From IMG/VR virus record IMGVR_UViG_3300037420_002500, positions 1 to 39,617 of that record: a stretch of DNA of 39,617 nucleotides; one strand, 5' to 3'. Position 1 is the stretch's first letter, and every line of letters starts with the position of its first letter. The position numbers and the translations under genes are program-made. The notes under the pieces are model-generated. The model did not search any database. It was not told the DNA's origin and worked only from the letters and a program-made list of their open reading frames with translations. Positions 1 to 9,952 of this stretch are shown piece after piece. This DNA comes from a virus (taxonomy: Duplodnaviria > Caudoviricetes).

Positions 1-408
1 GCGGATATGCTCACGACTTTGGCGGAAGATGTTCAACCTTCCAATCCGGCGGCTCAACTTTCTGAATCTCAACTTCTAAGGGCGTTTAACTTCTCTCTAA
101 TGAAGTTCGACTCCTCTCTTACCGTAGACGAATTGGACGATCAGCAAGCCCTTACGGTTTTAGCCGGGGCTATGGCGAAATGCTATTGGCTGATTGCCGC
201 TAAATTCGCAGAAGGCATGCGGGTTGAGGTTGAAAATGACGAGTTCTACGGTCAAATGCCTTACGAGCACTATGTTAGTTTGGCTCAAAGCCATGAGGCT
301 ATATTCGAGGGTGCTTGCGGCGGGGCTACGATAGAGGTTTCTACTCTACGTAGGCGGAGTCTACGGACTGGGCAAATGGTTCCGTTACCTCCGGGTGACA
401 ACCAATGA
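1..408 (+). CDS. Putative head-tail adaptor/neck protein (frame open from window start, probably 5'-truncated)
   Basis: ORF 7-408 has no upstream stop in frame. It lies ahead of the tail-completion genes and overlaps the next gene via ATGA. Confidence 0.5.
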   Translation, partial: ADMLTTLAEDVQPSNPAAQLSESQLLRAFNFSLMKFDSSLTVDELDDQQALTVLAGAMAKCYWLIAAKFAEGMRVEVENDEFYGQMPYEHYVSLAQSHEAIFEGACGGATIEVSTLRRRSLRTGQMVPLPPGDNQ

Positions 409-842
409 TGCCTATAAACCGAGGGTACGTTGAGAATATGGCACAACAGGCTTATACTGCATTTCAAACTCCGGTTGGCATTGTCGTGATGACAGACGCT
501 TCTTCGGCCAAAAACCGATACGGAGAGGTACTTTATCCTAAGTTTGGGCCTCCAACGATGTTCTATGCACACCCTACCTTAAACCCATCTGAGGTTAAAC
601 TAAGTGAGCTTGGCTGGCAAAAAGATGATGTCGAATTGGTGGTTCGGGTGCCGCATATTGAGCTTCGGCGGGTGGCTTTAGCAAAGGATACGGGTGAACT
701 AAACTTCGATTCTGATGCTCGAATTGTTGTCCAAGGTAAGCAGTATGAGATATGCAAGATTCATATGAAGGAGCCTTTCTTGGAGAACGTTTCGCTGTAT
801 GTGTGGATAGGAGGTAGGACACCAAATGGGCGTTCAACTTAA
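405..842 (+). CDS. Putative head-closure/stopper protein
   Basis: 145 aa; 'NRYGE...' and 'IVVQGKQYEICKI' patterns typical of SPP1 gp16-like proteins; gene position. Confidence 0.55.
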   Translation: MMPINRGYVENMAQQAYTAFQTPVGIVVMTDASSAKNRYGEVLYPKFGPPTMFYAHPTLNPSEVKLSELGWQKDDVELVVRVPHIELRRVALAKDTGELNFDSDARIVVQGKQYEICKIHMKEPFLENVSLYVWIGGRTPNGRST

Positions 843-1344
843 GAATTGGAATCGGGCGGGCCACCTTTTAGAAGGACTCCCCGAGAGATTCAATAAACGG
901 GTTGACGATGTTCTGATGAAGAACGCAGAGATTTATAAGGAAGCCATTCTCATGATGATCGAACAGGGAAATGAGAATTGGATACCTAAGAGCGATCATC
1001 AGTCGGATAGGTCCGGGTCGGAACAGTTGTTTATTGGTTCTACGGGGACATTTTATTCTAACTTAGATCGTAGGGGTATCCGGCGGGTGCGGTCAGCAAA
1101 AGGGGTTAAGCGTATCTACGTAGGTGCCCGGTATGACATTAAGCATGAGCCTTCCGGTTTGAGTATGGAGAAGTTGGCTGATATCCTGCAAAACCTCCCT
1201 GGCCCGTATGACCGTGACTTATTTGGTCCGGCTTGGGAACAGGTGCAGGATAAAATCCGAGCGAATCTCACAAAATTACGTGTTGGCCTGAACGATACGG
1301 ATGGCCGGGGAAGGAATGATGACGATGGCGGCATGGGTGACTGA
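826..1344 (+). CDS. Putative neck/tail-completion protein (HK97 gp10-like position)
   Basis: SD GGAGG; basic 172-aa protein with 'RDLFGPAWEQ' (R-P-F-x-P-A-like) C-terminal motif; synteny. Confidence 0.5.
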   Translation: MGVQLKNWNRAGHLLEGLPERFNKRVDDVLMKNAEIYKEAILMMIEQGNENWIPKSDHQSDRSGSEQLFIGSTGTFYSNLDRRGIRRVRSAKGVKRIYVGARYDIKHEPSGLSMEKLADILQNLPGPYDRDLFGPAWEQVQDKIRANLTKLRVGLNDTDGRGRNDDDGGMGD

Positions 1345-1918
1345 GTTTGACGATTATTTCCTCGAACGTCTCGCTACCATTACCTTACCGGATGAAGCTG
1401 GAGTTCAGAGGCCCATTACGGCATCGTACCATATGCCCGGGCGGGAGAAGGATAAGGATGTTGACCAAAAACGTCCGGCTATCGTCTTTAGTCAATACGA
1501 TATGGTTCATGATCTGGCTAGGGAATCCTCGGCTACGAAGCTAAAGGTTGACCCAACGGAAACGGATATAGGCTTAAAGGATGCCCCGATTCCATGGAGA
1601 CTCTATTATGAGTTTCGTATCCTTTCTGACTTTAGGGAACATGGCGTTCTTATGGAAATGCAGTTCCTTAAGATGTTCCCGCCCAGAGGGTGTATACAGG
1701 TGTTGGACCCGGCGGATGGCCGAACAGATGCGTATGATTTCTTCTTTGTTCAGTCACTTCCCGGCGATAGCTACCTTCAAACCAACAACGGCGGGGAGAC
1801 AACTAAGCGAATATTCCGTAAAGTATTCCGGTATATGGTGAGGACAGAAGCGGATTACGCTACTGTAGTTAACTATAAACGAGTGCTTGAGCGGATTTTC
1901 TCTACTATTCAAAAGTAA
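1301..1918 (+). CDS. Putative tail terminator (Pvc16/Afp16/DUF4255-like); real start probably 1319 or 1325
   Basis: 'RPAIVFSQYDMVHDLARE' and 'PIPWRLYYEFRI' resemble tail terminators; lies just upstream of the sheath. Confidence 0.55.
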   Translation: MAGEGMMTMAAWVTEFDDYFLERLATITLPDEAGVQRPITASYHMPGREKDKDVDQKRPAIVFSQYDMVHDLARESSATKLKVDPTETDIGLKDAPIPWRLYYEFRILSDFREHGVLMEMQFLKMFPPRGCIQVLDPADGRTDAYDFFFVQSLPGDSYLQTNNGGETTKRIFRKVFRYMVRTEADYATVVNYKRVLERIFSTIQK

Positions 1919-1931
1919 AGGAGGGCTGTGT

Positions 1932-2243
1932 ATGTTCTTAACTAATAAGTGCAGAAACAAGCCTCTCGAACTTGATTTCGGCTCTTTAGTCGTAAGGCTA
2001 AATCCTCTCCAAACCAAGGAAATCCCGCCGAACTATGCGGATTTTCCACTCGTAAAGAGCTTGGTAAATGCGGGGGAGTTGGCAATTAAATTTCCTCAAG
2101 TTGAACCTGTACAAGAAATGCCTCAGATAACCCAAGAAGACCCTGTAGTAGCTACGGAAGTTTCCGAGGAACCTAGTGTCGAGATATCGGCTATGGAGGA
2201 AGTTACTCCGGCGACCACGACAAAAAGGATTCGGCAAAAATAA
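1932..2243 (+). CDS. Hypothetical protein with acidic low-complexity C-terminus
   Basis: SD AAGGAGG before ATG 1932; fills the gap before the sheath gene. Confidence 0.65.
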   Translation: MFLTNKCRNKPLELDFGSLVVRLNPLQTKEIPPNYADFPLVKSLVNAGELAIKFPQVEPVQEMPQITQEDPVVATEVSEEPSVEISAMEEVTPATTTKRIRQK

Positions 2244-2267
2244 TATTCCCAAGAGGAGGGAACTTCC

Positions 2268-3746
2268 ATGGAAACTTTACGCCCGGGCGTATATGTCGAA
2301 GAAAAGTCCACAGGTGCTAGACCTATTACTGGCGTAAGCACTTCGACTGGTGCTTTTGTAGTAATTACTCCTAGAGGTCCAGTTGGTAAAGCTGTACTGG
2401 TTACTTCTTGGACGGACTTCCTTAATAAGTTTGCTTATGGTGTGGATACACCGTTCTTGGCTTCGGCCTACGGCGCGTATTCGGTTTTCGGTTTCTTCAA
2501 TAACGGCGGAACCCGCGCATGGATTGTCCGTGTTGGCGATGGTACTCAAGCTAAGGCTAAGATTACCTATAACGATGGTCAGGCTACTCCGGCGGACATT
2601 TTGAAAATCGAAGCTCTGGATGAAGGTGCTTGGGGTACGAAGATTTCCGCCAAGATCGTAGACGGTTCTGTTACAAACCTTTACGATGTGACAATCTTCT
2701 ACAACGGTACTCAAGTGAGCTTCTACGAAGACGTTTCCTTGGACGTTACTTCGGACAAGTACATCGAGACTTTAGTAAATGGTATCGATAAGTACGTTAC
2801 CGCTAAAGTGATCGATGGTACGAAGCAATTTGCTCCTGCTGATAAGGGTGTAAACAAGCCTCTTGCGGCGGGGGTTGACGGAACTTCGGGCTTGGATTCT
2901 ACAGATTTTGCGGATGCTCTTAAGGCATTCGACCCTGTGGACGATATCAACCTTGTTGTTATCCCGGAATCCCAAGCACAAGCTACTATCCAAGCCGGAT
3001 ATGACTATGCGGGCAACCGGAAGGATTGCGTATTCATCGCTGATGGAGCTTCCACAGATGATGTTGATGGCATCCAAACACTCCGTGCTACTCTTTCTTC
3101 GCCGGAAGCTGCTATCTACTTCCCTTGGATTAAGGTGGCCGACCCTATCGCAGTTGGTTCCGACAAGTTTAAGTACATCCCTGTCGGCGGCCATGTAGCG
3201 GGGATGATCGCCCGTATCGATGGTGCAAGAGGCGTACACAAGGCTCCGGCCGGACTGGAAGCCGTTATCCGGGGTGCGGTTGATGTGAAAGTAAACGTTG
3301 CTCCGGGGGAGCAGGACATCCTTAACCCTAAAGGAATCAACGTTATCCGTTCCTTCCCGAACCAAGGTATTGTCGCTTGGGGCGCAAGGACTTTAGGGGC
3401 TGACCCTAAAGATCGTTACATCAGCGTCCGCCGGGAATTGATTAAGATTAAAAAGTCCCTCCTTCAAGGTACTCAATGGGCAGTATTTGAGCCTAATAAC
3501 GAAGACCTGTGGAGAAAGCTTACGGTTCAGGTAAAATCGTTCCTTCTGGGCGAATTTACTGCCGGAGCCTTCAAGGGTGCTACTCCTGCGGAAGCTTTCT
3601 ATGTAAAGTGTGACGCGGAACTTAACACCCAAGAAGAAATCGATGCGGGCCGGGTAAACCTCGAAGTAGGTGTGGCGATCAATAAGCCAGCCGAGTTCGT
3701 GGTAATCCGTATCGGACAATGGGAAGGCGGTTCTTCGGCTTCTTAA
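2268..3746 (+). CDS. Contractile tail sheath protein (Afp/Pvc-type)
   Basis: Motifs LRPGVYVEE, FFNNGG, YFPWI, GVHKAPA, LNPKGINVIR, WGARTL, VFEPN, PAEFVVIRI. Confidence 0.97.
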   Translation: METLRPGVYVEEKSTGARPITGVSTSTGAFVVITPRGPVGKAVLVTSWTDFLNKFAYGVDTPFLASAYGAYSVFGFFNNGGTRAWIVRVGDGTQAKAKITYNDGQATPADILKIEALDEGAWGTKISAKIVDGSVTNLYDVTIFYNGTQVSFYEDVSLDVTSDKYIETLVNGIDKYVTAKVIDGTKQFAPADKGVNKPLAAGVDGTSGLDSTDFADALKAFDPVDDINLVVIPESQAQATIQAGYDYAGNRKDCVFIADGASTDDVDGIQTLRATLSSPEAAIYFPWIKVADPIAVGSDKFKYIPVGGHVAGMIARIDGARGVHKAPAGLEAVIRGAVDVKVNVAPGEQDILNPKGINVIRSFPNQGIVAWGARTLGADPKDRYISVRRELIKIKKSLLQGTQWAVFEPNNEDLWRKLTVQVKSFLLGEFTAGAFKGATPAEAFYVKCDAELNTQEEIDAGRVNLEVGVAINKPAEFVVIRIGQWEGGSSAS

Positions 3747-3788
3747 GCCGGAGTTCCCCCTTTACCTTACTTAAGGAGGTTATGACTT

Positions 3789-4229
3789 ATGGGACGTTCC
3801 CAAGTTAAAGACCCGTTGCAACAGTTCCGATTCAAAGTCGAGGTTCCGGGCTTGGATGAAGCTATCGGCTTTACGGCTGTGGAGGGTTTGGAATCCGAAA
3901 TCGAAGTGACGAATTACCGTGAGGGCGGCTTCAAAGGCACTCATAAACTGCCGGGCATCGAGCAAACGGGTACTGTGACCTTCCGGCGCGGAGCTTTCAA
4001 AAACAACGAGACTTACTTGTTGTTCCGTCAGTCCTTGGATAGCGTTGATTTCCGGAAGGATATCACGGTTATCGAGCAGGACCGGATGGGTAACAACATC
4101 CGTCAATGGACTCTTGCGGAATCTTGGGCTTCCAAGTTTACCGGACCAAGCCTTGACGCTAACTCGTCTGAGGTTAGCATTGAAGCTATCGAGGTTCAAA
4201 CGGAGAGTATCGTAGTAGATACCCTGTAG
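3789..4229 (+). CDS. Tail tube protein (T4 gp19/Afp1-5 family)
   Basis: DP...FRFKVE, GF..VEGL, YREGG, KLPG, VTFRRG, W.SKFTGPSLDA motifs; follows the sheath. Confidence 0.95.
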   Translation: MGRSQVKDPLQQFRFKVEVPGLDEAIGFTAVEGLESEIEVTNYREGGFKGTHKLPGIEQTGTVTFRRGAFKNNETYLLFRQSLDSVDFRKDITVIEQDRMGNNIRQWTLAESWASKFTGPSLDANSSEVSIEAIEVQTESIVVDTL

Positions 4230-4236
4230 TAAATCT

Positions 4237-4267
4237 AGGGTGGTTGGGTACGCCCACCACCCTTTAT
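4237..4267 (+). terminator. Probable intrinsic terminator/stabilising hairpin after the tube gene
   Basis: AGGGTGG-T-TGGG/TACG/CCCA-CCACCCT followed by TTAT. Confidence 0.55.
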
Positions 4268-4308
4268 CTCATTAAATACGAAACTACCCACTTTAGGAGG
4301 AAACGACT

Positions 4309-5106
4309 ATGACACAAGAAAAGAACTATCACTATGAAATTACGGCTGAGGGAACTATCGTATTTGAACTCAAACACGGTGTTACCTATAACGGTGAACA
4401 GCACAAGGAAGTAGAAATGCGTGAAATCCTCGGTATTGACGAGGAGGCTATTGCAAAACCGGAAATCAAGAATAACATCGGTAAACTCATTACAACCCTT
4501 TTGGCCGGAACGACTCTCCGTATCGGCACCCTTACTCCTAAGTCTTTTAAGAAGAAATCGGAGTGGGATAAACAGATTCAAACCTTGGCATTGGGCGAGA
4601 GAGACTTAATGATGCTCATGCTCCGAATTGTTACTAAAGGCAACTCGGAATTAAAATTGGAAACTACATGTCCTGACAGAGAATGTAAAACGGATATTGT
4701 CCATCTCGTTGATTTGGACACGGACATTGAGTATAAAGAGGCAGATGTAGACCCGGACGGTTTTACGGTAGACCTTCCAAAGTCTCATAAGGACGAAAAG
4801 AACGATACCTTGATTAAAGAAGTAACACTCCGGCTTCCTAACGGCGACGATCAAGAAGCTTTAGACTCTATCGGCCGGAAAAATCCCGGACAGGCTAACA
4901 CGGCCCTTCTTGTTCGATGCATTAAGAAAATGGGAGACTTGGCAATTAATCCGGCTATCGCCCGCGCTATGTCTTCCGCTAACCGGGATGCTCTTATTAA
5001 GGAGCTTACGGATAAACAATTCGGCCCAAAACTTGTTCTCGACATTGAATGCCCTACCTGTGGACAAGAGATTAAACATGGGGTACACCCTGTAAATTTT
5101 CTCTAA
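4309..5106 (+). CDS. Tail/baseplate assembly chaperone (T4 gp26-like, two Cys pairs)
   Basis: Between tube and tape measure; CPDREC and CPTCG; 'VTLRLPNGDDQ' motif; ends in slippery heptamer A AAT TTT. Confidence 0.75.
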   Translation: MTQEKNYHYEITAEGTIVFELKHGVTYNGEQHKEVEMREILGIDEEAIAKPEIKNNIGKLITTLLAGTTLRIGTLTPKSFKKKSEWDKQIQTLALGERDLMMLMLRIVTKGNSELKLETTCPDRECKTDIVHLVDLDTDIEYKEADVDPDGFTVDLPKSHKDEKNDTLIKEVTLRLPNGDDQEALDSIGRKNPGQANTALLVRCIKKMGDLAINPAIARAMSSANRDALIKELTDKQFGPKLVLDIECPTCGQEIKHGVHPVNFL

Positions 5107-5306
5107 GTGAGCTTATTGGCCGGGAGTACGAGGTAGAACTTGATCTAGACAATACATACTTCGAGTACCATTTAATCGCCCGCTACTATCATTGGTCGCG
5201 GGCGGAAATAATCTCCTTAACGGTCAGTGAGCGGAAACGGTGGGCTACTCAAATTATTGAACATGAAAGGGCCATCAACGGAGAAAAGCCTAATGACTCC
5301 GAATAG
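5094..5306 (+). CDS. -1 frameshift extension of the chaperone (DUF6760-like 'T' segment); not in the ORF track
   Basis: -1 frame reads ...SLSELIGREYEVELDLDNTYFEYHLIARYYHWSRAEIISLTVSERKRWATQIIEHERAINGEKPNDSE*. It has no start codon of its own, and the canonical X XXY YYZ heptamer lies at 5094-5100. Confidence 0.85.
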   Translation, partial: KFSLSELIGREYEVELDLDNTYFEYHLIARYYHWSRAEIISLTVSERKRWATQIIEHERAINGEKPNDSE

Positions 5307-5313
5307 GAAGTAG

Positions 5314-8300
5314 GTGAACAATGTGTTTGGCTCAATCATTCATGTAGGCATTAACTTTGTGACGCAAAACTTGGGGCGGGTTTTAGACGGATTGGAGTCT
5401 CTTTCTCAGGGCTTTAATGCCGCCAACCATCAGGCCACGGTATTCGCTAATGGTGTGGATGCGTCTATCAACCGGGTAGCAAAACAAGGTAGCAAACTAA
5501 AGGATGCTCTTAAGTTTGACTGGGGCAAGGACTTCCGGCACAATTCCGCTATGAGTGGTATGGCTACTCAGATAGAACGGGACATGGAGGCTTTAGAGAT
5601 TGTCACCAAGAAATTCGATAAACAATGGCGGGAGATAGGGAACAAGTGGCAATCACTCGTTATGGGTTCGGTTGCCCTTTCTATGTCCGGTATCGGAGTT
5701 AAAAACTTCGGTATGGATATTGCCGGATTTCTTGGGAAGTCTCTAGATGAAGCAACCAAGTATGACCTTATCATGAAGCAAATTGGTTTTTATGGTAAGG
5801 AAACGATCAAGAATAAAGAGGACGAACTTAAGCTTAATCAGGAAATCTTTGCTCTTGGCCGGAAACTTCCTGTATCGACTTCCGAAGTTGCTACTTCCAT
5901 GCTCACGGCGATGAAGACCGGATATACCGATCTTAATGATGCTATCGCCATGGGTACGGAGGCATCCAAACTCCAATTCGTTTCTCTCGGGAAACTAAAG
6001 GGCGAGGATTCCCTTAAGTTTGCGAACTTGGCCCGGCAGTTAGATGGGCGGAGTGCCCAAGAAATGTCCGGCCTCACGGATATGTTACTGAAAACGGCGG
6101 ACTTATCGGCACTTGACCCCGAAGGACTCTTTAGGGCGATGATGTCTACCCGTTCAGCTAAGTCGAACCTTAAGATGGATACGGCTTCCTTCCTTGCCCT
6201 TGTCGGCGGGATGGGTAACGTCCTGAATGAACGGGGCGCGGGTGAATCGCTTAATGTCTTTTCTCGAGGCCAACTTCAAGCGTTTGGTTCGGAATCGGAT
6301 ACGAAGCGGGGCGGACTATGGAAAATGCTTGGCATCGACCTTGAAAAAGAAGGCGATGACATGCTTAAGGTGATTGATAAGATCGTTGACCGTTCGTATG
6401 AAATTTGGGGCGATACCTTCACTAGACGCGAAAAGCTCCAAGATATATTCGGTAATGATGCACTCACCCTTTTATCCGCTTATGAAACAAATCGGAAAAA
6501 CTCCGGCCTTAAACTTACGGATATGCGTGACCAAATCAAAAATTCATCCGGCTCTGGTTACTCAGATGAAGCAATTAAGGCGGTAACGGATTCCTTATAT
6601 GGACTTCAAGAACAGCTAAAATCCACGAAGGAGCAGTTTTACATCCTATTTGGAAAAACAATGGCTCCGGGCTTTAGCCTAGTATTGAAGCAACTCACCA
6701 ACTTCATCGGCGGTGTGAATACCTTCTTGGAGGCACATCCGAAGCTGGCGGCGTTTGCCGGGTACTTCCTTGGTATAACGGCGGCGGTAAGTGTGGCAGC
6801 GGGAGCTATCCTGTTGTTCAGCGGTATAGTGGCGGGTTCTATCTCCTCCATTATGGCGTTTGGTACCAACATGATTCGGGCTATGAAAGTGGCCGATCTC
6901 CTTGGTGACGGTATCACTTCCGTTGAGAGCTTGATTAGGAAGAAACTCATATCTCCGCTTAAGACCGGGGCTATGATGATGGGTAAGATGGCACTTGCAT
7001 CCGGCCTCCTCTATCTGGCTTGGAAGTATGATTTCCTTGGACTTCAATCCCATATGCTCCGCTTCCAGAGCAACATCAAGAAAGTCTTCAATGATGCTGG
7101 CGTAGTTGTTCGGAAGTTCCGGCAAGGTTCCGTACAGGACTTCGCGGATTCCTTTAGGACACTGGGACAATTCGGCGGATTCTGGGGAAAGATGTCGCAG
7201 AAGATCATCCAATTCACGGTTCTAATGGATGGACTCTTCGATGCTTGGAACGATGATACAATCTCCAAGGATATGTACGACAAGCTGAAAGAGGCGGGCG
7301 TTCTAAAGGCTTTAGGCTTAATACTTGATGTGAAACACGTATTACAGGATTTATGGACTGGCTTCCGTAAAGGTATGGAAACCGGAATGAAAATCCTGTG
7401 GCCGATTGTTAAGCCTTTATGGGAGTTCGTGAAATTCGCTTACAACAAAATCAGGGGTGTCCTTCAATACTTCGGCCTAATTAATAACATGAACAATGGT
7501 ATTTCGTCCGGCTGGAAGGGTGTCGGGGAAACCATCGGGGTTATTGTCGGTGGACTCTTGGCTATAAAACTTGGTGTTAAAGCTTGGTCTTTGGCTCTTT
7601 GGACTCCTATTAAGATGTTTATGCGGCTTATCGGACTTGTTGGTAAAACCCGGAATGGTATGCGTAACATGGGGAACTGGTTCAAGGGCGGCGGGCCGGG
7701 AACTATGGCGGGCAGGGCGGCGGCTCGTACAGCTAAAGGCGGAGCCGGATTATTCAATTGGGTATTCGGTAATAAACAGTCCAGACAGGCTTTAGCTACA
7801 GCAAAGACCGCCTATTATAACCGTAAGAAGTACCAACACATAGACAGATTAGACCCGAATAATCTTCCTCACGATTATGCTACCAACCGCCGGAAATACT
7901 TCGAGAACGATATGTACGGCGGAAAATATGTTGTTGATCGGAGAGGAAAAGGTACCGTTGTCAAAGGGCGCGGACTTTTTGGCAGACTTGAGGACTTATT
8001 ACTTGGCTCTCAAGAATACGTCAAACAAACCAGTAAGGGCCGTTATCAAAAGGTATCCACTAATGCTCAAGGTCATCGTGTCCATCGGTTCATGTCCAAT
8101 GCAGAAGTGGCGGACTGGCAGAAACGAAATGGACGGAAAGGCGGCATCGCCGGGTTCATGCGCGGGATGTCAAACTTTTGGAGAGGTTGGTCGGACGTTT
8201 CGAGGCGGCAAGGTTTCTCCTCTACTTCCCGGCTCAAATCCATGGGCGGACCCGGCCTCGGAAGGGGATTGCTTTCCTTGTTCGGTAAGGGCCTTGGCGG

Positions 8301-9162
8301 AATGGGTTCTCTTGGCTTAACGGCCGGAAAAGGTTTGCTAAAGGGCTTTGGCGGGATTCTTACTAAGGGGATTCCATTCCTTTTCAAATCGGCCTTTAGG
8401 TTAATACCGATTCTGGGTTGGGCACTCATGGCGTGGGATATCATATCTACCGTGTGGACAAACTGGGACGCGATTAAGGCGGCGGGAAGTAAAGCATGGG
8501 CTTGGATTAAGACGGATGGTGTGAAATACTTCAATGAGTTCTGTGACTGGGCAGTTACTACGGGTATCCCAGCCATTATTAACGGAACGGTTGAGCTATT
8601 CAAGTGGATAGGAGATAAACTCCTCGAAGGACTTACATGGGCTTGGGACCAATTCAAGGCCAAAGTTTCAGATTCCACTTGGATACCGGGTTGGCTGAAA
8701 TTAATGCTTGGCGTTAAGACCGACACGCCTCCTCCGATGTCTAATCCGTTCCCATCTCGGACACCGGGCGGAGCTAAAACCGATGGCGTTCTGTCCATCC
8801 CTTTAGACCCTTCGGTACCGGATGCTGGACCTGTGCAGATCATACCTTCTTCTCACGTAGGTTCTAAAGTGACTTCGGAGGGTGCGGTTAACGTAGCTCC
8901 CGGCGAGGTTATCCTACGGGATAAAACGGTTCGGGACTTCGAGAGTTATGTTAGCTCCCGGAAGTCGGCTCAAGCTACTCCGGCTCCGGCGGCATCAGGA
9001 GACACCACAATCACGTTTGCTCCCGGCTCGGTACAAATCACTATGGCTAACGCTAGTGCAAGCGAAGTCCAAAAGGGTGCAAGGCAATTGTTTGAAGAAT
9101 TTAAGCGGATGGTGGAAATGGACAACATGCGTAACTACCGTTCCGCTCGGGCGAAAGGATGA
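5314..9162 (+). CDS. Tape measure protein (TP901-like core, hydrophobic segments)
   Basis: 1282 aa, helical, Ala/Gly-rich, with transmembrane-like stretches and Trp-periodic repeats; follows the chaperones; GTG start. Confidence 0.92.
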   Translation: MNNVFGSIIHVGINFVTQNLGRVLDGLESLSQGFNAANHQATVFANGVDASINRVAKQGSKLKDALKFDWGKDFRHNSAMSGMATQIERDMEALEIVTKKFDKQWREIGNKWQSLVMGSVALSMSGIGVKNFGMDIAGFLGKSLDEATKYDLIMKQIGFYGKETIKNKEDELKLNQEIFALGRKLPVSTSEVATSMLTAMKTGYTDLNDAIAMGTEASKLQFVSLGKLKGEDSLKFANLARQLDGRSAQEMSGLTDMLLKTADLSALDPEGLFRAMMSTRSAKSNLKMDTASFLALVGGMGNVLNERGAGESLNVFSRGQLQAFGSESDTKRGGLWKMLGIDLEKEGDDMLKVIDKIVDRSYEIWGDTFTRREKLQDIFGNDALTLLSAYETNRKNSGLKLTDMRDQIKNSSGSGYSDEAIKAVTDSLYGLQEQLKSTKEQFYILFGKTMAPGFSLVLKQLTNFIGGVNTFLEAHPKLAAFAGYFLGITAAVSVAAGAILLFSGIVAGSISSIMAFGTNMIRAMKVADLLGDGITSVESLIRKKLISPLKTGAMMMGKMALASGLLYLAWKYDFLGLQSHMLRFQSNIKKVFNDAGVVVRKFRQGSVQDFADSFRTLGQFGGFWGKMSQKIIQFTVLMDGLFDAWNDDTISKDMYDKLKEAGVLKALGLILDVKHVLQDLWTGFRKGMETGMKILWPIVKPLWEFVKFAYNKIRGVLQYFGLINNMNNGISSGWKGVGETIGVIVGGLLAIKLGVKAWSLALWTPIKMFMRLIGLVGKTRNGMRNMGNWFKGGGPGTMAGRAAARTAKGGAGLFNWVFGNKQSRQALATAKTAYYNRKKYQHIDRLDPNNLPHDYATNRRKYFENDMYGGKYVVDRRGKGTVVKGRGLFGRLEDLLLGSQEYVKQTSKGRYQKVSTNAQGHRVHRFMSNAEVADWQKRNGRKGGIAGFMRGMSNFWRGWSDVSRRQGFSSTSRLKSMGGPGLGRGLLSLFGKGLGGMGSLGLTAGKGLLKGFGGILTKGIPFLFKSAFRLIPILGWALMAWDIISTVWTNWDAIKAAGSKAWAWIKTDGVKYFNEFCDWAVTTGIPAIINGTVELFKWIGDKLLEGLTWAWDQFKAKVSDSTWIPGWLKLMLGVKTDTPPPMSNPFPSRTPGGAKTDGVLSIPLDPSVPDAGPVQIIPSSHVGSKVTSEGAVNVAPGEVILRDKTVRDFESYVSSRKSAQATPAPAASGDTTITFAPGSVQITMANASASEVQKGARQLFEEFKRMVEMDNMRNYRSARAKG

Positions 9163-9168
9163 TGTTAA

Positions 9169-9606
9169 ATGCCACAAGAACCTGTTAAAAAAGCATACAT
9201 CCAAAATGTCGCTACGAGGGACATCATGGAGTTCCAATACAATCCACCGGAGTTCAATGACAAACTGGGAGTCGAGTATGCACAACTCGACTCTCCCGGG
9301 ATGTCGGCCCCGATGTTCCAGTATATCGGCGGGAAGGCCCGGTCGGTTACGTTCGAGTTATTCTTGGATGCTTATGAAGACCCGGAACGCATGATGGTAA
9401 GGACTCCAATAGCATTCCTTCATTCTTTTGTCCCTCCGGCTGACGCGGGAAAATCCTTTAGTCCACCCCCTACCCTTATCTTTGCTTGGGGATGGTTCGT
9501 AAAGCGATGCATTCTAAATGACTTGGATATCAATTACACGATGTTCGACTCTCAGCTAAATCCTATCCGGGCAACGGTTGGGGTTACGCTTACTATTTTG
9601 GAATAG
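9169..9606 (+). CDS. CIS tube-initiator protein (Afp7/Pvc7-like)
   Basis: FQYNPPE, FQYIGGKARSVTFELFLD, PPTLIFAWG, YTMFD...PIRATV. Confidence 0.85.
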   Translation: MPQEPVKKAYIQNVATRDIMEFQYNPPEFNDKLGVEYAQLDSPGMSAPMFQYIGGKARSVTFELFLDAYEDPERMMVRTPIAFLHSFVPPADAGKSFSPPPTLIFAWGWFVKRCILNDLDINYTMFDSQLNPIRATVGVTLTILE

Positions 9607-9619
9607 AAGGTGGTTGGCT

Positions 9620-9952
9620 ATGGCAATCTACCGAGGTTCACGATATGAAAAAACTCTCGTGTTTAACCATGTTGCCGAAACGGGGTCACAGCCTACGCTT
9701 CAACGTAATCGTACTGTCCCTACTCTCCGCCGCCGGAATACAAAGAAAATCGTTTCGATTCAAGGTATTATGTACACTTGGGTTGCAGGAGACAGGCTGG
9801 ACGTACTGGCTTATAAATACTACGGCGATGCTCAGAAATGGTGGGTTATCCTTGATGCTAACCCCCGGTATATGACTCCGTGGGATATAAGGACAGGTGA
9901 CGTTATCTCCATACCCACTTACCAAGAAGTCCGGCGGACGATTGGGATATGA
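9620..9952 (+). CDS. LysM/tail X-like baseplate protein
   Basis: GDRLDVLAYKYYGDAQKWWVILDANP...GDVISIP. Confidence 0.85.
   Translation: MAIYRGSRYEKTLVFNHVAETGSQPTLQRNRTVPTLRRRNTKKIVSIQGIMYTWVAGDRLDVLAYKYYGDAQKWWVILDANPRYMTPWDIRTGDVISIPTYQEVRRTIGI

Noticed and set aside
8073-8843. 256-aa minus-strand ORF and other antisense ORFs in the structural operon
   Set aside because: They shadow well-supported + strand genes and have no SD or recognisable motifs.
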